A stretch of DNA of 64,000 bases. Origin: a virus. The notes under the pieces were generated by a model. The model had not been told where the DNA came from. It ran no database searches and saw only the letters and a program-made list of their open reading frames with translations. A program made the position numbers and the translations under genes. The stretch's first letter is position 1. Every line of letters starts with the position of its first letter. Location: IMG/VR virus record IMGVR_UViG_3300028584_001238, one strand, 5' to 3'. This document shows positions 8,981 through 19,546 of the stretch, piece after piece.

Positions 8981-9322
8981 TTATTTCTTCAAATCTTCTG
9001 CAATTGCACCAACCCAGCGATCAGCTCGACTAGAAAGAGTAGTAGCCAATTGCACTTGATCCAGTGCTTTAATATTATCCGTATACATTTTTCGATTGAT
9101 TTCAATTGCACTATTCAACTGAGTTACCAATTTATTATTTGCCTTACTTTCTTCATCTGTCTTTCCTTGTAAAGAATTGACCAGACTATTCAAAATCCGG
9201 CATTCTGCTTGAAGGCTTCTCATCGTCGCCTCAATAGAGTTTTTAACCTGATAAAGATTAATATTGGACTGTGAGAGGCATTCTTCTGCGTCTTTTAAAG
9301 CGAGATCGGTCAATCGAGACAT
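8981..9322 (-). CDS. coiled-coil hypothetical protein
   Basis: 113 aa, GAGGA RBS, terminator at 8941-8964. Confidence 0.7.
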   Translation of the reverse strand: MSRLTDLALKDAEECLSQSNINLYQVKNSIEATMRSLQAECRILNSLVNSLQGKTDEESKANNKLVTQLNSAIEINRKMYTDNIKALDQVQLATTLSSRADRWVGAIAEDLKK

Positions 9323-9424
9323 AATGATTTATCCTCATGAGTAATGGCCTATATTTTATCAAAATAATGAGTGCCTGACAAGTCTTTTTTTCGTTGTCAA
9401 TCCTCATGGAATGTGCTATAATCC

Positions 9425-9931
9425 TTGAAATTATTTAGGAGATACACCATGACTACTAATGAAAAGAGCTTCGAAGATTTGAAAGAATTTCTGGATGGTC
9501 TTTATGATACTACCCTCATCAAACGTAATTTGAAAAAATATGGAGATGCTTTCATTCAAGAAGTCTTAGCTTTGGTAACATCTGAAAAAGATAAAAGTGA
9601 GATTTCCATGCTTTATTCTTACTACGTCGAAAATGGTAGCGAGCTTGTGATTAGATCTATTAATGAATTCGCTCACTCTAACAAACTGCATGATGCATTG
9701 GCAGTATTTCCACTCACTGATGATGATATTACAGGATTGGTTGATCAAGCAGTTTCCAACATTTTGTTTTATGACCGTAAAGGTGATGAAGAAATCAATA
9801 TGGAACGTATCGAAGCCCATTTCAAAAATAACCCTGATGCTATTGATGTGATGGTGGCAAAATTTCGTCAATCGCTGGAAGAAAGTCTCAATGATAAATC
9901 TGAGATTGAAGCTCTGAATGATGAATCTTAA
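9425..9931 (+). CDS. hypothetical protein (likely start MTTNE)
   Basis: AGGAG RBS before the internal ATG. Confidence 0.75.
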   Translation: MKLFRRYTMTTNEKSFEDLKEFLDGLYDTTLIKRNLKKYGDAFIQEVLALVTSEKDKSEISMLYSYYVENGSELVIRSINEFAHSNKLHDALAVFPLTDDDITGLVDQAVSNILFYDRKGDEEINMERIEAHFKNNPDAIDVMVAKFRQSLEESLNDKSEIEALNDES

Positions 9932-9969
9932 TCAATTGCCATCAGCTCATGCATTAAAGGACTTTCATC

Positions 9970-10662
9970 ATGAAATATGATTACCGACATCCAGAAACAC
10001 CAGAAGAAATTAAAAACGTGAAATCCAAGCTTTCTGTTGCAACGTATGAACAAAAAAACCTATTTGCCCGTTTCATGGCGGGTGATTATGAATGGGCAGA
10101 GTTTCAAGCTGATAATGGCTGTAAAACATTGGTTGAGTTGGGGTATTACATTTCTACTCGACCTCCAATTGAAGACATTATTGCAGCTTACTCTGATTTT
10201 GGGATTATTGCCGAACCCGTCAAAGGGTCTGCATGGCATACTCAATCAATGGTAGCGGTCAATCATGATGGTATTCAATATGGACTGGATGATCGTGGTC
10301 GATATGCTGCTGAGAAGGATAAAAACAGTATTGAACATGCTATCAAGCATTTTAAATTGATGAGCACTCACTACCATAACCGCATTAAGACAATTCATAA
10401 CCATCTGGTATCTAAATCAAATGAGCCTATTTGGGTGTTAGCGGGTGGTGGTTATCAAATCCAAGCTTCATTTGGTAACAAGAATGGTTATATTGCTACG
10501 CTTGATTTGGATATGAATAGCTTTGTAAAAGTAGGTGTTGAAAATTCACAAAGGGCAAAAGTTATTAAAATTAAAAAATATGAATTATCTATGGAAGCTA
10601 AAAATTTGGAAGGGTTTTTTAGCGATTTTAAAGAAAATAACTTTGTTTTAAAGGTTAGATAA
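9970..10662 (+). CDS. hypothetical protein
   Basis: 230 aa ORF, AAGGA RBS. Confidence 0.75.
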   Translation: MKYDYRHPETPEEIKNVKSKLSVATYEQKNLFARFMAGDYEWAEFQADNGCKTLVELGYYISTRPPIEDIIAAYSDFGIIAEPVKGSAWHTQSMVAVNHDGIQYGLDDRGRYAAEKDKNSIEHAIKHFKLMSTHYHNRIKTIHNHLVSKSNEPIWVLAGGGYQIQASFGNKNGYIATLDLDMNSFVKVGVENSQRAKVIKIKKYELSMEAKNLEGFFSDFKENNFVLKVR

Positions 10663-11462
10663 TGAATGAATTAGAAATGAAAGAAAATTTTACATTTGAC
10701 TTCTTTAATCCTGATTTCATCAGCGGGGGTAAAAAAGCCTTATCATTTTTGGTGCCAAATGAATTCAAGTTCTTTTTGAGTCATAAAATTATTAGTTGGC
10801 TAAATGTAGTTAATGAGTCAATAGATTGTGAATTTATTTTTGAAAGAGTGATGCCAGATGACTTTACATTACAAGGACAATCTCATTTTTCATTAAATAT
10901 TAATACACATAATGGAGATGGGACTATTTATTTATATTATGACAAAAACAATCAATTTACTCATGCCTGTTTATTATTTTTACAGAATGTGTATAAAAAT
11001 GAAAATAAATTCCCTAAAAATAATAATCTATTTGAAATAGAAATAAACATAAATAATAATATGGAAGTCGATAATTATATATTAACAAGGAAGGTGTCTT
11101 CATCAAATATACTGGGTTTGCAAATATCATATAAATTTGATTGTTTAGGTAAAAAATTGAAAGATTTTTTACTTTTAGATACTTATGAAAAAAACCAGAA
11201 ATATGATCCGTACTTGTTGAGTTTTACAAAAGAAAATTTGAATGAACTAGATTTTTTTGATGACTTTTTTAACGAAATCATTGAGACTATTCTCTTGTCA
11301 CCTAATGATTTTTTAGAATTAACAACACAATTTACAATAAATAAAATAAATAGCAAAGAAGAATTTGAAATATTTTATGATGAATTAAGAGATTATTATA
11401 AGACTAAAAATTTATCTTATTTAGAAAATGCTTTGGAAGTTGTTGAAATGATAACTATTTAA
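10662..11462 (+). CDS. hypothetical, paralog family B, MxxI-tagged
   Basis: FTFDFFNPDF, HKIISWLN, FDDFFN; ends ALEVVEMITI. Confidence 0.8.
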   Translation: MNELEMKENFTFDFFNPDFISGGKKALSFLVPNEFKFFLSHKIISWLNVVNESIDCEFIFERVMPDDFTLQGQSHFSLNINTHNGDGTIYLYYDKNNQFTHACLLFLQNVYKNENKFPKNNNLFEIEININNNMEVDNYILTRKVSSSNILGLQISYKFDCLGKKLKDFLLLDTYEKNQKYDPYLLSFTKENLNELDFFDDFFNEIIETILLSPNDFLELTTQFTINKINSKEEFEIFYDELRDYYKTKNLSYLENALEVVEMITI

Positions 11463-11480
11463 TTAAACAGGATTATTAAA

Positions 11481-12269
11481 ATGAAAACTGATGAAACGGT
11501 AACATTCGATTATTTGAAACCAGACTTTTCTATTTTAAAAGGTAGAAGAATCGTTATGGTTAATCTTCAACCTGAATATCAATTTTATTTTAAACATAGG
11601 ATTGTTCATTGGCTTAATCAAATGAATCAATCGTTTGACCCAGAAACAAGTTTTGACGCGGTAAAAATTGAACGTTATATGGTAGGTGACAAAGGGACAG
11701 CCCTAATCGTCTATGGTTTTAAAAATCTTGCTGGCACTCTTCACTTTAATTATGACAAAGTTGGAAATTTTAAAAATATAAGTTTTTCAACTGAGGTTGG
11801 GATTTATAACAATCAGTTAAAGTTCCCATCTACCAGTCAATTTTTTACTGTGACTGCCGATATGAATACACACAATGAAATGCTCGATTATGTTGTAGAG
11901 CGTTCACTAGACATGTCAGATACCTCATATGACGATTTCATGGTAAAGTATTCGTTTACTGCTGATGGACAGAAAACAAAAGATTTATTAATTCTGTATG
12001 ATTACAAATCGAAAGATGAGAACATGATTATTAATGCTGATGTTGAAAGTGTAGAAAACTTTGATGATTTTTTCAATAAAAATATAAATGTTATTTTACA
12101 ATCATTAGAGACATTCATCGACATGTATCCACAATTTAGTATGGGTCTTGTAAACAACAATGAAACGCTTGACCTTTTTTATGCCGAAATGAAAAAAATG
12201 TATAAAGATGGTGTATTTAATAAAGGCTTCGATGAAAATATTACGATTATCAAGATGATGACTATTTAA
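11481..12269 (+). CDS. hypothetical, paralog family B, MxxI-tagged
   Basis: VTFDYLKPDFSILK, HRIVHWLN, FDDFFN; ends ITIIKMMTI. Confidence 0.8.
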   Translation: MKTDETVTFDYLKPDFSILKGRRIVMVNLQPEYQFYFKHRIVHWLNQMNQSFDPETSFDAVKIERYMVGDKGTALIVYGFKNLAGTLHFNYDKVGNFKNISFSTEVGIYNNQLKFPSTSQFFTVTADMNTHNEMLDYVVERSLDMSDTSYDDFMVKYSFTADGQKTKDLLILYDYKSKDENMIINADVESVENFDDFFNKNINVILQSLETFIDMYPQFSMGLVNNNETLDLFYAEMKKMYKDGVFNKGFDENITIIKMMTI

Positions 12270-12292
12270 CTAGAAATGAAAAGGAATACAGA

Positions 12293-13087
12293 ATGACAAT
12301 TAATGAAAGTGTTACATTTGATTATTTAAAACCAGACTTTTCTATTTTAAAAGATAAACGTCGAACAGATGCAGATATGTTACCAGAGCATATCTTCTAT
12401 TTTAAACATAGAATTATTCATTGGCTTAATGAAGTTAATGAAAAAAATGATCCAACTATTAATTTTGAAAACATCAAAATCGATCAATATGTTATTGGAA
12501 AAAATAAACAAGTAAATGCAAAATATAAATTAAAAGATATTGATGGACATATAATGTTCTTATATGATTATGATGATAATAATAATTTTATTGAAGTTGA
12601 TCTTGAATTAAAAATAAAATCGGGTGTTTTTGATCATCTAAAATTTCCAAATTCAAGTCATTTTTTTGATCTTCAATTTGTATTAGATGAGAAAAATGAA
12701 ATTGATTGTTATTTTATAAATCGACGCATTGATGTTTATAAAAATGATACATTAGGCTATCTAATTCGATATGTATTTTACAAGGATACTCAAAAGAAAG
12801 ATCACTTAGCCTTATTCGACTGTGTAAATCAAGAATCATTAATACTAGACATTGATAATGGCTTTGAACTTTCTGAATTTGATGATTTTTTCAATGTTCA
12901 CATCAACGATATCCTAAAATCCCCAGAAGCATTCGTGACGATATATCCCTATTTCAGTGTGAAACAAGTAAACAGTAACGAAACACTAGAGGTTTTTTAC
13001 AAAGAGTTGAAAGAAGCCTATAACAAGGGCATATTTGATAATGGATTATCTGAAAACCTTCATGTTGTAAAGATGGCAGGTATTTAG
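12293..13087 (+). CDS. hypothetical, paralog family B, MxxI-tagged
   Basis: VTFDYLKPDFSILK, HRIIHWLN, FDDFFN; ends LHVVKMAGI. Confidence 0.8.
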   Translation: MTINESVTFDYLKPDFSILKDKRRTDADMLPEHIFYFKHRIIHWLNEVNEKNDPTINFENIKIDQYVIGKNKQVNAKYKLKDIDGHIMFLYDYDDNNNFIEVDLELKIKSGVFDHLKFPNSSHFFDLQFVLDEKNEIDCYFINRRIDVYKNDTLGYLIRYVFYKDTQKKDHLALFDCVNQESLILDIDNGFELSEFDDFFNVHINDILKSPEAFVTIYPYFSVKQVNSNETLEVFYKELKEAYNKGIFDNGLSENLHVVKMAGI

Positions 13088-13130
13088 AAAGAATAAAAGC
13101 ACCTGATGGTGCTTTATTTTTAATTGACAG

Positions 13131-13475
13131 TTAAGCCATCTGATATAGACCATCTGATAACTCATGAATGTTCTTTGCAAAATCATTATTAATCGTAAAA
13201 CCATTTGATTCAAGGTCATTCACAAGAGTGTGAGCATCTTTAGCGGTTAACGGCATTCCATTTTTTTCAATAATATCAAGCAGTGAGTAATCCATTCCAC
13301 TGGACTCCATAAAATAGCCATTTACACTAATACGAGAAACAATATCTTCAATATCATTAGGATCATCATACATTTTATGAGTGTCCCAAGTATCTTTTGT
13401 GACGGCTGCAACACAAACAACGTCTTGTGATGTATCAATAATAACTGCAAGGTATAGATATTTCTGAATACTCAT
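13131..13475 (-). CDS. hypothetical protein
   Basis: 114 aa, AGGAG RBS immediately downstream of the tRNA. Confidence 0.7.
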   Translation of the reverse strand: MSIQKYLYLAVIIDTSQDVVCVAAVTKDTWDTHKMYDDPNDIEDIVSRISVNGYFMESSGMDYSLLDIIEKNGMPLTAKDAHTLVNDLESNGFTINNDFAKNIHELSDGLYQMA

Positions 13476-13496
13476 AAATAGTCTCCTATATTTAGA

Positions 13497-13573
13497 TGGC
13501 CTCTACGGTTGGATTCGAACCAACGACCGTTCGCTTCGGAAGCGAGCACTCTATCCAACTGAGCTACGCAGAG
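13497..13573 (-). tRNA. tRNA-Arg(CCG)
   Basis: 77 nt cloverleaf: CTCTGCG/CGTAGAG acceptor, TAGCTCAGTTGGATAGAG D-arm, loop TTCCGAA, GGTTCGAATCC T-arm, encoded CCA. Confidence 0.93.
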
Positions 13574-13667
13574 ATATTTGAAAAAGTATCTGACAATATA
13601 ACCAATTAACAAGCTGTCGTCAATATTGAATTAGTATTATACAGTTATCAAATCCGTCAATAACCAC

Positions 13668-14189
13668 TTATCGCATGTAGGTTGTGCTATGAATTATTTT
13701 ATCAGTATCTAATAAGTCAGTGCAAGCTGTAATAAAGATGTAATTTTTCAGTACACCATCGAAGTGATATCCTTTATCATTGACATCAGGGCGTTTTTCA
13801 AGTGGGAAAAATTCTTTAGTTTCATTGTAGATTTGTTCTGCTGCAGCATTACAGCTTCTGAAATGGGGGTATTGGTATCGGCTTTCTACTGAATAGATTT
13901 TATCATTGCGGACACTGACAACAATTGAGATCTGTCTTGGGTCATTATTTTTGTTTTTAACGGTGTAATAAGTCACATCGTCTTCTTTTTTCAAGAATGT
14001 ATAATTAGGATCTTTTGAAATGTTTTCCATCTTGTCATATAACTTATAACCCAACATCGTCCTATTTTCTGGATCAAACATTGCTTTACCTTGTGGCTCA
14101 AGGTTTTCAGTTAAATGACCATTAGGGCTACATCCAGAAATAATGGCATAAAAGCTGACTAATATAAGTTTAATAAATAATGATAACAT
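13668..14189 (-). CDS. putative lipoprotein
   Basis: Hydrophobic N-terminus with lipobox ISGC. Confidence 0.7.
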   Translation of the reverse strand: MLSLFIKLILVSFYAIISGCSPNGHLTENLEPQGKAMFDPENRTMLGYKLYDKMENISKDPNYTFLKKEDDVTYYTVKNKNNDPRQISIVVSVRNDKIYSVESRYQYPHFRSCNAAAEQIYNETKEFFPLEKRPDVNDKGYHFDGVLKNYIFITACTDLLDTDKIIHSTTYMR

Positions 14190-14281
14190 TAAATAAAAGT
14201 CTCTTGTTAATACCTAAATTTTAAGCCAATAAAGCTTTAAGTCAATAAGTTTTTAACAAAAGACTACTCTATGTCATGGAA

Positions 14282-14836
14282 TTAATGTTGGAGTTGCACA
14301 CAATCTCGTTGATAGAGGTATTTGTATTGCATATGTGTCATACCTAAAGCATCATAAATATTATCGGTGGAACTCATAATGTCTTCTGTTTGAAGAAGTT
14401 TCTGAGCAGCAACTTCATCCAATGAATCAAAATCAATATCACGTTTATCTTTGAAGAAGGTAACAATACGTTCACGGTAATCAGCAAACGTCACACTTCT
14501 GATATTGTGTTCGTTATTCAGTGCTTTTTGGCGTTCTTTGATTAGTTCAAGTGTTTCTTCAGTATTAACATCAATAGTTGGGAGCTTGTCAAAATCTTTC
14601 AATTCACCATTAGAAATGGCATCAGACATCAACTTAAAATTAAAATCTTGAAGTTTAGTTACGATGCCAGATTGCCAAAAAAGCTCCCATGCAAATCCTG
14701 ACCGTTGGTCTTTAAGGGAAGCTTCAAAAGCAGCATCAATCACTTGTATGGTCTGTTCTTTTTTACTCAAAGTCATTTGAAATCTCCAAGGTAATGATAT
14801 CCAGCATTTGCATGGATTAGATGCTTTATTATACAT
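14282..14836 (-). CDS. hypothetical protein (likely start MTLSK)
   Basis: GGAG RBS before the internal ATG. Confidence 0.7.
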   Translation of the reverse strand: MYNKASNPCKCWISLPWRFQMTLSKKEQTIQVIDAAFEASLKDQRSGFAWELFWQSGIVTKLQDFNFKLMSDAISNGELKDFDKLPTIDVNTEETLELIKERQKALNNEHNIRSVTFADYRERIVTFFKDKRDIDFDSLDEVAAQKLLQTEDIMSSTDNIYDALGMTHMQYKYLYQRDCVQLQH

Positions 14837-14908
14837 TATTTCTCAAAAAATATCAATTTATTTAGAAAATATACGGGTTTACAATGGTTTAAAAAATGAT
14901 AAGGTTAT

Positions 14909-15373
14909 ATGAAAAACAACGGAGTCATTATGAAAGTTAAGCCTATGCTTTCTAAATATACAAACATGCAAGATACAGAAGATGACCAGATGATTAATGA
15001 TCTCTATATTCAACTTAAATTAAACTATTATGAAAAAATTCTAGATCTATCAAGAGTTGAAATGCATGAAGACTTAGAATTATTTCATTATTTTGGAATA
15101 CATATATTTAAAGAAAATGATGGTTATCGTGTTATCACTGGACGTGGACATCTTCACGAAATATATAAGGGAACTGTTCATTATGGAGATGCTTTCATTA
15201 TCGACCAAAATAAAGAACAGATAAACCCTAGAATGAACCTATCTTGTTATGAAAAAATGGGAATGGACAAAATATATAAAACTATCGACATACCTAAAAT
15301 AGTATTTGATTTCAATCAACTATTCAAAGATGTTGAGAATGAAAAACTGTCACTTGAAATCATTCTAACTTGA
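14909..15373 (+). CDS. hypothetical, possible degenerate tag (LEIILT)
   Basis: 154 aa; ends KLSLEIILT. Confidence 0.7.
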   Translation: MKNNGVIMKVKPMLSKYTNMQDTEDDQMINDLYIQLKLNYYEKILDLSRVEMHEDLELFHYFGIHIFKENDGYRVITGRGHLHEIYKGTVHYGDAFIIDQNKEQINPRMNLSCYEKMGMDKIYKTIDIPKIVFDFNQLFKDVENEKLSLEIILT

Positions 15374-15764
15374 GGATCTTATTCAATATTTTATCAGCCA
15401 GTTGAATAGTGTTTTGTTGGCTTTCAACATAAGCATCAATCACTGGTTGCGTAACCATGCGAGCGGCTAAATCTAATTTTGACTCTTCAATGCTTTTTTT
15501 GTAAAATTTGATAGCTCCATCAAAAATAGAATACTCTAGACTGGTTAATGGTTCATATTCTGTTTTGAAGATAAATCCTTTAATTTTACTAAACAATCCA
15601 TCAAAAGCTCGATCTTCAACTAGCAAAGCTTCATAAGCCATCTGCTGGGCTACTTTTGGGGCAAAATCATGAGCTTCACGAAGGTTGTTGAACAATCTTT
15701 CATTATGGTTATGATAAGGCCGTAAAACCTTCAAATTAATACGTTCCGCATGTGAGTTATTCAA
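15360..15764 (-). CDS. hypothetical protein
   Basis: 134 aa, overlaps the upstream stop. Confidence 0.65.
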   Translation of the reverse strand: MNNSHAERINLKVLRPYHNHNERLFNNLREAHDFAPKVAQQMAYEALLVEDRAFDGLFSKIKGFIFKTEYEPLTSLEYSIFDGAIKFYKKSIEESKLDLAARMVTQPVIDAYVESQQNTIQLADKILNKILKLE

Positions 15765-16111
15765 TACAAAGACTCCTGTATTTTAGTTTTGTATGTAGCT
15801 TTGAAATGATGAAACGCAACCAACCACAACTTAATGAGTTTATACGGTGATCGTGATGTATAGACATCATTTTTAATAATCGGATTGTGTTGATGTATCT
15901 GGGTCGAATAAAGACCAGTAGGGTCAATAGAAATACTCAGAAAAGGATAGTTGTCATACGAACCTGATTTCTGGTTGTAGTCATTGTTCAAAGTATAACT
16001 CAACACCTTATTATCGGAATCCACCACCCGAACTTCAACGACTTTAAACCCCATGAATTTGAGCATAAATTTTAACCAAAGAAACTTTAATCTCATGTCG
16101 TCACCTATCAA
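15761..16111 (-). CDS. hypothetical protein
   Basis: 116 aa in a three-gene minus-strand run. Confidence 0.65.
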   Translation of the reverse strand: MIGDDMRLKFLWLKFMLKFMGFKVVEVRVVDSDNKVLSYTLNNDYNQKSGSYDNYPFLSISIDPTGLYSTQIHQHNPIIKNDVYTSRSPYKLIKLWLVAFHHFKATYKTKIQESLY

Positions 16112-16116
16112 TAATA

Positions 16117-16374
16117 TTAACTAATGTGGTAGATCTTGGGAACCATGTCTTTTGCTTGATCCCAGAAACTAACAAGGCAAGCAAGATTCAAGGTAACAAT
16201 TGTAAAACCAACAAACTTCCAGAAAGGAGCTTTTCCCTGTTTAAGTTTATGCTTACCATTGTAGTATATGTGGTAAAAGAAATTTTGAACAAACAAGAAA
16301 ACCATAGCACAAAATCCCCAAAATATAAATCGAACTAAATTTTTAGGTTTGTGAGTGGTTGTGTTAATTGACAT
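16117..16374 (-). CDS. small two-TM membrane protein
   Basis: Two hydrophobic segments; GGAG RBS. Confidence 0.65.
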   Translation of the reverse strand: MSINTTTHKPKNLVRFIFWGFCAMVFLFVQNFFYHIYYNGKHKLKQGKAPFWKFVGFTIVTLNLACLVSFWDQAKDMVPKIYHIS

Positions 16375-16515
16375 AAGTTATCTCCATTTTGTGAATTTTA
16401 GACTTTTGATTATATATCATTTTCATTATAAATTCAACAAAAATATAAGACTATTGGTTGTTTTTTGTACATATTGATGTATAATAATATTACAAAAACA
16501 ACAATTAAATAAGAT

Positions 16516-18882
16516 ATGAACAAAAAGATAATATTACTGTCCGCATTGGCAGTATCAATCACATCAGCTAGCTACATGGTACAGTTCAGATTAGACCAAA
16601 AATATATCAATATAGATACACCTGATGAAATTACAGGCGTTATTGAATTAGCACCTGCAACCATCAATCGTGGTGAATCAACAGCTTTGAACTGGAATTA
16701 TAATTATATAAAGAGTTTAAAAGTTGTATCATCCGATCAAAACTTTAATGAAACCGCTTCTTTTGGTTCGTATCCTTTATCGCCATTGAAGACGACTAAT
16801 TACGATATCACATTAGACAATAATAAAAAAATTGAAGAAAAAACTCTAAAACTTACAGTGATACAACCTAATCCAGTGGTGAACTTTACAGCGGATAAAA
16901 CAAAAATTGGTGAAGGTCAGTCTTCTAAGCTTACGTGGAATGTCTCAGATGCTGAATCAGCCTTACTTGAAAATACAAGCATCAGTGGGTTAAATAGTTC
17001 ATATACCGTCTCGCCGGTTAATGATACAACCTATACTCTTAATGTAACAGGTTACAACAATGAGAATAATACCAGCAAATCTATTGCAATTGATGTGGTG
17101 AAGGATTCTGCAATAGGCAGTTTTCAATCTGACAAGACGAAAGTAAGTATTGGTGACGATATCACCTTTAACTGGACAACTAATGACAGTGAAGGATTAG
17201 AGTTGATCCCATTCGGCACCGTCGATAAAACATCAACCAGTAAAGCAGTCACAATGGGGACAGTAGGTGACTTTACCTATTCATTGAAAACAACAAGTTT
17301 TAGTGGAATGACAAAAACATCAAACCCTATTGCTGTGAGTGTTTATGGTCTTCCAACTATCACTTCATATAAAGTTAACAACAGTGACACATCAGTAACA
17401 GTTGAAGCCAATGATCCATTAGCTTTCACATGGGCAGGTGCAAACAATGTTAGTTATGACATCAATGGAGTAACTGTTTCAAATGGAACTTACAATGTGA
17501 ATGCAGACGCATCAACAGGGACTAAGAGCTATGTCTTAACAGGTGTGAATGGAGCCGGGAAAACAATAAATAAATCAGTCAGTGTCAATGTCGTTGGTGC
17601 AGGTAACATTCCATCGTTCTCAACAGTGCCAACAACATTTGCCAATGCACCTATTGTTTTAAACTGGACAGGCACTAATATTAACAACTATAAATTATCA
17701 GGTGTTGCAGGGTCAGGAGTAACAGGTTTACAAGATTTAGGAACTGCTTTAACCTATACAGCCACACCAACATCAGTAGGTAGTTTAGAATACACATTAA
17801 CAGGAACAAACGCTGCAAGCAAAACAACAGTGAAGAAAACCAGTGTTGTAGTCGAAGCTGATCCAACAATGTCCGGTATGACTGTGAATGGTCAATCATC
17901 TATAACTGTATCTCCAAATCAAGCATTATCATTTACAGGAACAGGTTTAAGCAGTGGAGCTACAATGGTGGGCAAAACTTCTGGTGGTGCAACAACTTCA
18001 TTGCCATCAACTGCGTCTAGTTCAGCAGGCGTTTCAACTTATTACGGTGCTGGAACTAAAACTATCAATGGTGTAACTAGAAACAGTGCGTTAAAATCAG
18101 TAACAGTTTCAGTTATCAATGCACCAACGATTGGAGCCATATCAACGCCAACCGTCATCAACTATGGTTCAGGTTTTACATTATCATGGAGTGGGACTGA
18201 TGTTGCAAGTTATACAGTTAAAGGAAACGTAGCAGCTTCTGGTGTAGCAGTAGGTGGAGTTTCAACTGGAGCCGGGGCAGCATTGGGTGTGACACCACAA
18301 GCAGCAGGAACCTATAATTACACAGTAACCGCAACAAATGCCGCTGGTATATCAACGGCAAGAACATCTGGAAATGTTAAGGTTGAGCAGTGGGTAGCAA
18401 TTGCACCTACTTACACTGGTTGGGTAAATAGTAGTGGGTTTTACAGTTGTAGTGCATTCTCACCAGATGCCAGCACTGTTGATGCGGGGACTGGTTTCTA
18501 TCAAACTCAATACTGTTACTTGAATCAAACAAGAACACGTCAAGATCGTATACAAGAAGTGGCTACTGGTGAAGTAAGAAACACTACGTCAGCGACTGAA
18601 TCACAAACGTTAACTAACCAGCCAAATACACAGTATGCTATTGGCACAAAACCAACAATAGTATGTAGATACGATTCAGGTAACCAATGGCAAATAGTTG
18701 TTGTAGGTGGTGCTCAATCTTTAGTAAACGTAGTCTGGAATGGCGGAACAAAGGCAACTTCACCACAATACGCGGGTTCAGGTGCAATAAACATAACCCA
18801 AATTACTGGTTGGGATGGTAAGTCATACACAAGAGGTCCAAAAGTTACGGGACAATTCTACCAAGCATGTAGTACACCTTGA
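16516..18882 (+). CDS. secreted Ig/PKD-like repeat protein (adhesin or fibre-like)
   Basis: Signal peptide; repeated ~80 aa beta-rich units with LxW and YxL motifs; Thr/Ser/Gly rich; Trp/Cys module near the C-terminus shared with 63236..64000. Confidence 0.75.
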   Translation: MNKKIILLSALAVSITSASYMVQFRLDQKYINIDTPDEITGVIELAPATINRGESTALNWNYNYIKSLKVVSSDQNFNETASFGSYPLSPLKTTNYDITLDNNKKIEEKTLKLTVIQPNPVVNFTADKTKIGEGQSSKLTWNVSDAESALLENTSISGLNSSYTVSPVNDTTYTLNVTGYNNENNTSKSIAIDVVKDSAIGSFQSDKTKVSIGDDITFNWTTNDSEGLELIPFGTVDKTSTSKAVTMGTVGDFTYSLKTTSFSGMTKTSNPIAVSVYGLPTITSYKVNNSDTSVTVEANDPLAFTWAGANNVSYDINGVTVSNGTYNVNADASTGTKSYVLTGVNGAGKTINKSVSVNVVGAGNIPSFSTVPTTFANAPIVLNWTGTNINNYKLSGVAGSGVTGLQDLGTALTYTATPTSVGSLEYTLTGTNAASKTTVKKTSVVVEADPTMSGMTVNGQSSITVSPNQALSFTGTGLSSGATMVGKTSGGATTSLPSTASSSAGVSTYYGAGTKTINGVTRNSALKSVTVSVINAPTIGAISTPTVINYGSGFTLSWSGTDVASYTVKGNVAASGVAVGGVSTGAGAALGVTPQAAGTYNYTVTATNAAGISTARTSGNVKVEQWVAIAPTYTGWVNSSGFYSCSAFSPDASTVDAGTGFYQTQYCYLNQTRTRQDRIQEVATGEVRNTTSATESQTLTNQPNTQYAIGTKPTIVCRYDSGNQWQIVVVGGAQSLVNVVWNGGTKATSPQYAGSGAINITQITGWDGKSYTRGPKVTGQFYQACSTP

Positions 18883-18964
18883 TTTAAAAAGATAAAAAAA
18901 GAGACTTGGCAAAGTCTCTTTTTTATACATAATGATCAGTGTAGATGACAATATTATGGTGTTT

Positions 18965-19171
18965 TCAATTAGTTTTTTCAAAATCTTCTTTAACAAAAGC
19001 ATGATGAACACGAAGTTCTCCAATGACGGCTTCGTTACGATACACATCAAAGATAGTCTTTTCTTCAGTGACATCAGTAACAATAAGCGTATCTGTGGTG
19101 ACAACAAATTCACCATTCGGAACCTTCCACCAATCATCACCTAACACTTTGTAAGTTTCTTTAATTTTCAT
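18965..19171 (-). CDS. small hypothetical protein
   Basis: 68 aa, AAGGA RBS, TTGTAA-17-TATAAT promoter upstream. Confidence 0.65.
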   Translation of the reverse strand: MKIKETYKVLGDDWWKVPNGEFVVTTDTLIVTDVTEEKTIFDVYRNEAVIGELRVHHAFVKEDFEKTN

Positions 19172-19294
19172 GATGCGTCCTTATTGAGTGGTTGACTTAT
19201 TAAGAGGCATTATAATATCATTTATTTGTTTACAAGTCAATAAAAAAGACCCTTCGAAAAAGGTCTTTTGGTATACAATAAAAGAACAACAATC

Positions 19295-19546
19295 TCAATA
19301 AAGAGAAGATTGAGCTGTCAATTTTTGAAGTTTTGAATTCAATTTATCAAGCGTTCCAGTTTTGTAGATAGGTCTGAATACTTTGTATGGCCCACTGATA
19401 ATGTTTTTGGAAACTGAATGAACATCTTGATAAACTTCCCAGAAACCAAGTTCATACTTCTTACGAAAATTCTTTTCGTTGTAGTTCATTTCAAGACGGC
19501 CAGTCTTCAAAAGTTGTTTAGTTATACTGATAGTATTTAAGAACAT
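19295..19546 (-). CDS. small hypothetical protein
   Basis: 83 aa, AAGGTG RBS, terminator at about 19243-19269. Confidence 0.6.
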   Translation of the reverse strand: MFLNTISITKQLLKTGRLEMNYNEKNFRKKYELGFWEVYQDVHSVSKNIISGPYKVFRPIYKTGTLDKLNSKLQKLTAQSSLY

